From positions 62,001-116,375 of IMG/VR virus record IMGVR_UViG_3300024420_000237: DNA of 54,375 nt. One strand, written 5' to 3'. Positions 49,180-54,375 of the stretch are shown here, in pieces. The notes under the pieces were generated by a model. That model was not told where the DNA came from. It ran no database searches and saw only the letters and a list, made by a program, of their open reading frames with translations. A program made the position numbers and the translations under genes. Position 1 is the first letter of the stretch. Every line of letters begins with the position of its first letter. Source of the stretch: an uncultured virus (IMG/VR IMGVR_UViG_3300024420_000237). Taxonomy: Duplodnaviria; Heunggongvirae; Uroviricota; Caudoviricetes.

Positions 49180-50916
49180 ATGGCAGAGCAAATTAAATTC
49201 GGTGACAGATTATTTCTAAAAGGTGAAAAACTGATTTTAGATTCTGTTGCAAACGCAGTAATTAAACCTAAAAATGGTGTACTAGAAATTGATGGTGATT
49301 TACGTGTATTAGGAGCCACAACTACAGTAGATTCAGAAACAGTAAGTGTTGCTGATCCATTTATGCTATTGAATGGAGACTTAACAGGTTCTGCTACCGA
49401 AGATGTTGGTATTGAGATTAATAGAGGAACAGATGACAACAAGAAGTTTGGTTGGGACGAAACCTCTGGTAAATTTTCAACGTTCAGTGATGATTTTAAA
49501 ACAGGCGCTATTGAAGGAACTGATATTGCACTTACGGGTGCATTAGTAGGTGATATAAATTCAGAAAACGGTGATGTAATAATTGATGTAACTGGAAACG
49601 GCACAGTAGATATTAACTCGGGTAATATTGATGGCACTGTTATTGGTGCAACTGCACCAGCACAAGCAACATTCACTACTATAACTGGTGATGGTACTGC
49701 GATTACAAATGTTCTAACAAATTATGATACAGATGATTTGACTGAAGGTACAAATCTTTATTATACAGATGCAAGAGCAAGAGCGGCTATCAGTATGAAT
49801 GCTGGTAGTGAATTGACGTATGATCCAGCAACTGGTGTAATATCTTTTTCAGGAAATTATTACCAAGATTCAGATGCTAGACAGGCAATCAGTGTAACAG
49901 GTAATGAAATAGGTTATGACAATACAACTGGTGTTATTAGTTATGATGCTCCTACAGACTTTGGTCTATTGACAGACACAACTGTTATTTCAGGAAGCAC
50001 TGGAGGCTCAACAGGCACTAGTCTACCGACTAATGTTGGTTCTTTTTACAATGATGCAGGGTATGTCACACAGAGTTATCAAGGCTTTGCCGCAGATTGG
50101 CAAGCAGATGATGTTACAAATTTGAATGCGGCAAATACGTATACAGAAGGCCGTATAAATGATGTGGTAGATGTTGCACCAAATCAATTAAACACATTAA
50201 AAAAGATAGCGGCATCAATAAACAATGATGATGATTACAACGGAACACTGCAAACACAGATAAGCACGTTAGCAGTAGCAAGTAATTTGGCAACAGTGGC
50301 TACATCGGGTAGTTATAATAATTTAATAGATAAACCGAATGTCCCTACAGCTATAAGTGATTTACCAAATGATAGCGGTTATTTGACTTCCGGAGATTTA
50401 CCAACGAACCATATGGTAAATGATGCCAATAATACAGTAGCAGGCTCTATAACACCATTAACTGATGCAACATATAGTTTGGGCAGTCCATCAAAAAGAT
50501 GGGAATTTGTTCACGGCGAAACGATTGAAGCCACTTATGCCGACCTTGCAGAACGTTACGAAGCTGATGCTATTTACGAACCAGGAACTGTCCTTATATT
50601 TGGCGGAGATAAAGAAGTCACTAAGACCGATGTGCCCGCAGATTACAGAGTGGCAGGCGTTGTAAGTACTAATCCAGCTTATAGAATGAATGCAGAAGCA
50701 GGCACAGATGATACACACCCTTACATTGCATTGCGTGGTAGAGTACCATGTCAAGTAATTGGACCAGTTAAAAAAGGTGATTTAATGGTAACGTCTAGTG
50801 TCAAAGGTCATGCAAAAAGTGTTGCTGGTGTTGATATGGGACGTGCAGTTTTTGCCAAATCCTTAACGACGGAGTCCTCTGAAGGCTCTAAAATTATTGA
50901 AGTAGTAATACTTTAA
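49180..50916 (+). CDS. Fibre-like virion protein with C-terminal YADLAE domain
   Basis: GIEINRG..WDE, TDDLTEGTNLYYTDAR, APNQLNTLKKIA, YSLGSPSKRW; C-terminal YADLAERYEAD..GVVSTNP..IALRGRVPC resembles intramolecular-chaperone/peptidase G2-like fibre ends. Confidence 0.65.
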   Translation: MAEQIKFGDRLFLKGEKLILDSVANAVIKPKNGVLEIDGDLRVLGATTTVDSETVSVADPFMLLNGDLTGSATEDVGIEINRGTDDNKKFGWDETSGKFSTFSDDFKTGAIEGTDIALTGALVGDINSENGDVIIDVTGNGTVDINSGNIDGTVIGATAPAQATFTTITGDGTAITNVLTNYDTDDLTEGTNLYYTDARARAAISMNAGSELTYDPATGVISFSGNYYQDSDARQAISVTGNEIGYDNTTGVISYDAPTDFGLLTDTTVISGSTGGSTGTSLPTNVGSFYNDAGYVTQSYQGFAADWQADDVTNLNAANTYTEGRINDVVDVAPNQLNTLKKIAASINNDDDYNGTLQTQISTLAVASNLATVATSGSYNNLIDKPNVPTAISDLPNDSGYLTSGDLPTNHMVNDANNTVAGSITPLTDATYSLGSPSKRWEFVHGETIEATYADLAERYEADAIYEPGTVLIFGGDKEVTKTDVPADYRVAGVVSTNPAYRMNAEAGTDDTHPYIALRGRVPCQVIGPVKKGDLMVTSSVKGHAKSVAGVDMGRAVFAKSLTTESSEGSKIIEVVIL

Positions 50917-50952
50917 TAATTAAATACATACAGTCAAATATCCACTATCTTA

Positions 50953-50960
50953 GATAAATA
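50953..50960 (+). promoter_or_regulatory. Late promoter GATAAATA
   Basis: Intergenic, upstream of the 51034 gene. Confidence 0.6.
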
Positions 50961-51033
50961 AGAGTAGATTACACTTAACCCAATTCAGTGTAGTTTATAA
51001 TAAATCGATTTTTTATAGACGGGAGAATATAAT

Positions 51034-53400
51034 ATGGCGGCATATGCAATACAGTTCCGTCGTGGTACAACGACACAACACTCATCATTTACTGGCCTAG
51101 TAGGTGAAGTTACGGTCGATACAGACAAGAAAACTCTTGTAGTACACGATGGCGCAACAACTGGCGGTTACCCACTTATGAGAGAAGGCGGAACGTCTTC
51201 TTCTACTACTGGTGCATTTACAAGTAATGTAACAGTTGGCGGTACACTAGCAGTAACAAATACAGCTACATTCTCAGCAGGCGTAAATGTCACAGGTAAT
51301 TCAGAATACACCGGTGATATCCTACCTGGTACGGATGATACATACGACTTAGGCTCAACAACAAAAAGATGGCGTGACCTTTACTTAGGGCCAGGATCAC
51401 TATACATCAACAACAAAAAGATTCTAGAAGACGATAGTGGCACTATCACAGTTAAAACGGACGCTAACGAAACGTTGAAACTGATGACTACTGGTACTGG
51501 TACTTTGCAAATTGAATCAAGCAACGGAATTCAGTTTACAGGTGAACTTAAGACTTCATCTGGTGATATTCAAGTGGGTGACCACATTGACATGAATTCA
51601 AATGTTATCAAAGAAGTTGGAACTCCAACAACTGGAAGTGACGCGGCGAACAAGACTTATGTTGATAATGCAATAAGCACAGGCATTGGTTCAGGTTCAA
51701 ACGCTGTTTCAGGTACAACTGGTACTTTCTCAAGCAACGTAACAGTTACAGGTAACTTAACAGTTAATGGTACAACAACTACAATCAATACATCACAAAT
51801 TGACTTAGCAGATAATATTCTACTATTAAATTCAGATGCAACTGGTACAGCATCAATTTCAGGCGGTATCGAAATTGAACGTGGTGATGACCTAAACGTA
51901 CAACTATTATGGGACGAAACTAACGACCGTTGGTCAATCGGCGCAGAAGATTTTTATTCTTCTGGTGACGTAACAGCGGCAACATTTATTGGTGACGTAA
52001 CAGGTGACGTAACAGGTGATGTAACAGGTACAGTATCTAGCATTTCAAATCACTCAACAACTAACTTGTCTGAAGGTTCAAATCAGTATTTCACTGATGC
52101 AAGAGCAAGAGCGGCAATTTCAGTTTCAGGTGACTTGACATATAATTCATCAACTGGTGTTATCTCAACACAAGGTTTAGCATCAAGCGACACAGATGAT
52201 TTAGCAGAAGGTACAACTAACCTTTATTATACTAACGCACGTTTTGATACAAGATTAGGCACTAAAGATACAGACGATGTATCTGAAGGTTCAACTAATC
52301 TTTATTACACAGACGCACGTTGGGATACAAGATTATCAACTAAGAATACTGATAATTTAGCAGAAGGTTCAACTAATCTGTACTTTACAGATGCGAGAGC
52401 AGATGCAAGAGTTGCCGCGGCAACTGGTGCTAACTTAAACTTATCCGCTTCTGATACAGATGATTTGACTGAAGGTACAAATAACAAATACCATACAGAT
52501 GCTAGAGTGAACACACTATTTGATACAAGACTAGCTATTAAAGATACAGATAGCCTTTCTGAAGGTTCAAATAATCTTTATCATACAGATGCTAGAGTGA
52601 ACGCACTATTTGATACAAGACTTGGTAATAAATCAACAACTGACGTATCTGAAGGTACAAACTTGTACTATACAGATGCAAGAGTTGATGCTTATATCAA
52701 TGCAAGTATGGACAGTGATGATGTATCTGAAGGTTCAACTAATCTTTATTACACAGATGCACGTGTAAGTTCTTATCTAACAACTAACTCATACGCAACA
52801 CAGGCTTACGTAACAGCGGCAGTTCAAGGTGTTGATAACTCAGACGAAATTACTGAGGGATCATCAAACTTGTTCTTCACTGATGAAAGAGCCCAAGATG
52901 CGGTAATGGCTAATGTTTCAGCAGGAACAGGTATTGGCATATCATATGATGATGCGGCAGGTACTTTAACTGTTACTAACACACAAACAGAAGTCAATGA
53001 CTATGTAGATGGTGCTTCATTCTCAAGTGGTACACTAACTTTATCAGTTGGTACACAGTCAGATGTTACAGTATCACTAGATGGTCGTTATGTACAGTTA
53101 GGTAACACTTCTAAAAAACACACACATGCTTATGAGACAACTGCACAAGACGAAACAGATAACACTGGTTCATCGCACTCAATCACATGGGCAAATTTAA
53201 CTTCTGGTAAAATTTCTTTAGGCTCAAACGCCGTAGATTTTGCATCAGAAATAAATGATTCACCATATGCTGTTGTTTATATCAACAGAATTATGGCGAG
53301 ACCAAATGAAGTAACAATTACTTCAAGTGGACTAACTTTTGCCTCAGACGTTCTTGCAGAAGACGATGAAGTAGAAGTAGTTTACATGGACGAGCAATAA
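51034..53400 (+). CDS. Fibre-like virion protein with nine TDxLxEGxxNLY repeats
   Basis: N-terminal IQFRRGTT..GEVTVDT..HDG..GG (Mtd-N-like), YDLGSTTKRW, DAANKTYVD and a repeat block. Confidence 0.7.
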   Translation: MAAYAIQFRRGTTTQHSSFTGLVGEVTVDTDKKTLVVHDGATTGGYPLMREGGTSSSTTGAFTSNVTVGGTLAVTNTATFSAGVNVTGNSEYTGDILPGTDDTYDLGSTTKRWRDLYLGPGSLYINNKKILEDDSGTITVKTDANETLKLMTTGTGTLQIESSNGIQFTGELKTSSGDIQVGDHIDMNSNVIKEVGTPTTGSDAANKTYVDNAISTGIGSGSNAVSGTTGTFSSNVTVTGNLTVNGTTTTINTSQIDLADNILLLNSDATGTASISGGIEIERGDDLNVQLLWDETNDRWSIGAEDFYSSGDVTAATFIGDVTGDVTGDVTGTVSSISNHSTTNLSEGSNQYFTDARARAAISVSGDLTYNSSTGVISTQGLASSDTDDLAEGTTNLYYTNARFDTRLGTKDTDDVSEGSTNLYYTDARWDTRLSTKNTDNLAEGSTNLYFTDARADARVAAATGANLNLSASDTDDLTEGTNNKYHTDARVNTLFDTRLAIKDTDSLSEGSNNLYHTDARVNALFDTRLGNKSTTDVSEGTNLYYTDARVDAYINASMDSDDVSEGSTNLYYTDARVSSYLTTNSYATQAYVTAAVQGVDNSDEITEGSSNLFFTDERAQDAVMANVSAGTGIGISYDDAAGTLTVTNTQTEVNDYVDGASFSSGTLTLSVGTQSDVTVSLDGRYVQLGNTSKKHTHAYETTAQDETDNTGSSHSITWANLTSGKISLGSNAVDFASEINDSPYAVVYINRIMARPNEVTITSSGLTFASDVLAEDDEVEVVYMDEQ
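52054..52890 (+). repeat. Intragenic degenerate tandem repeat (9 units) encoding TD(D/N)(L/V)xEGxxNLY(Y/F/H)TDAR
   Basis: Nine units counted in the translation; the DNA core GAAGGT(T/A)CAA and ACAGA(T/C)GC recurs. Confidence 0.85.
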
Positions 53401-53411
53401 AACTTAACAAC

Positions 53412-53434
53412 GTAGGGGAGTTTATCTCCCCTAC
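53412..53434 (+). other. GC-rich hairpin without U-tract after the 51034 gene
   Basis: GTAGGGGAG-TTTAT-CTCCCCTAC. Confidence 0.6.
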
Positions 53435-53486
53435 AGTTCAATTATGAACATGAGGTCATCTAAAGACCTTTCGATTTAAGGAGACA

Positions 53487-54375
53487 ATGATGGGAAGAAA
53501 ATTTAGACACAACGGTTCCACGAATACAAAAATTCAACGTGGTAAGCGTTATAAGTATGACAGTACTGGTAACATTGCAGAGATTACAGGCACAGTCGAT
53601 ATGACCACTGATGATATTATCTTCACTGGTACAAAATCAAATTTAAGACGTATTTCAGACCTAGAACGTAACGTATCTATTCTTGCATCGCAAGATAAAG
53701 GTGATGGTGGTGCAACAATCGCCAAAACTATGAGTGGTAAAATCAAATTCAAAAATCAAATTGAAGTTGATGGAACTGCTAATTTAGACGGCGGCGCCGA
53801 TGTTGCAGGTACACTAGATGTACAAGCAGGTCTAACTCTTGGTGCAACTGCACAAGAAGTTGTTCAAGACTTAATCGGTGGTATGGCTAACACAGGTCTA
53901 TCATACGATGATGCGAACAATCAAATCAATGTTGATACGTCAACAATAGCGACAAAATCTTATGCAGACACGGCGGCAACAGATGCCGCGAATGCAGTAG
54001 TGAATGCGGCACCTGGTTCATTAGATACACTAAACGAACTAGCGGCGGCTCTTGGTGATGATGCGAACTTTAGCACAACAATCACTGACTCAATCGCAAC
54101 AAAAGCCGCACACGCAAGAACTATTACTGCGGGTAACGGTCTTTCAGGCGGTGGTGACTTAAGTGCAGACAGAACAATCGCAATGGACGGTTCATATACT
54201 GGTAACTTTACAGTATCGGGTGATATCACTGCTAATGGTGGTGACGTGACAGCAACACGTTTCAACGGTGAAGCAACAACGGCAAAATATGCCGACCTTG
54301 CAGAACGTTATGAAGCAGATGCAGAATACGAAGAAGGCACAGTAATGATGTTTGGTGGCGAAAAAGAAGTAAAAG
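53487..54375 (+). CDS. Fibre-like virion protein (3' end outside window)
   Basis: Not in ORF track. AAGGAG RBS, open to window end; APGSLDTLNELAAALGDDANF, AGNGLSGGG and YADLAERYEAD motifs. Confidence 0.8.
   Translation, partial: MMGRKFRHNGSTNTKIQRGKRYKYDSTGNIAEITGTVDMTTDDIIFTGTKSNLRRISDLERNVSILASQDKGDGGATIAKTMSGKIKFKNQIEVDGTANLDGGADVAGTLDVQAGLTLGATAQEVVQDLIGGMANTGLSYDDANNQINVDTSTIATKSYADTAATDAANAVVNAAPGSLDTLNELAAALGDDANFSTTITDSIATKAAHARTITAGNGLSGGGDLSADRTIAMDGSYTGNFTVSGDITANGGDVTATRFNGEATTAKYADLAERYEADAEYEEGTVMMFGGEKEVK

Noticed and set aside
52054..52890. Regularly recurring DNA repeats resembling a CRISPR array
   Set aside because: Repeats are degenerate at codon third positions, in frame within a long ORF and variably spaced; no cas genes. 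They are protein repeats.
50536..54322. Diversity-generating retroelement template/variable repeat pair
   Set aside because: Both copies are coding, differences are synonymous rather than adenine-specific, and no reverse transcriptase is in the window.
1..54375. Alternative genetic code (stop-codon reassignment)
   Set aside because: Standard code 11 gives full-length, densely packed genes, and TAA, TAG and TGA all end genes.

Overview
This is a 54.4 kb AT-rich segment of a large T4-related myovirus-type phage genome, with no cellular housekeeping genes, tRNA/rRNA, CRISPR or transposase seen. From left to right it holds: (1) a minus-strand operon of two radical-SAM genes and three glycosyltransferase-like genes; (2) a minus-strand baseplate/hub module (2946-aa and 1448-aa wedge proteins, gp25, gp5-like spike with an M15 peptidase, a lysozyme-fold protein, a hub protein with an N-terminal RNNNPGN domain, a gp53-like protein), interrupted by a plus-strand island (clpP and two small genes); (3) a gp55-like late sigma factor, gp47, an SDR, gp46 and small genes; (4) a Holliday junction resolvase, a ~450-nt ORF-free structured region and a gp26-like chaperone; (5) a plus-strand module of tape measure, portal, protease, scaffolds and major capsid protein, followed by fibre-like virion proteins. 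The strongest signals not explained by the ORF track are: a canonical -1 frameshift cassette (A-AAU-UUU, 6-nt spacer, GC hairpin) joining the gp26-like ORF to a start-less gp51-like frame; a large, ornate candidate ncRNA just downstream; a stand-alone ~110-nt sRNA displaying anti-Shine-Dalgarno sequences; a palindromic operator at three divergent promoter junctions; and twin promoters carrying a GcrA-type GANTC motif, which hints at an alphaproteobacterial host. All family assignments come from motifs recognised by eye; no database searches or folding programs were run.
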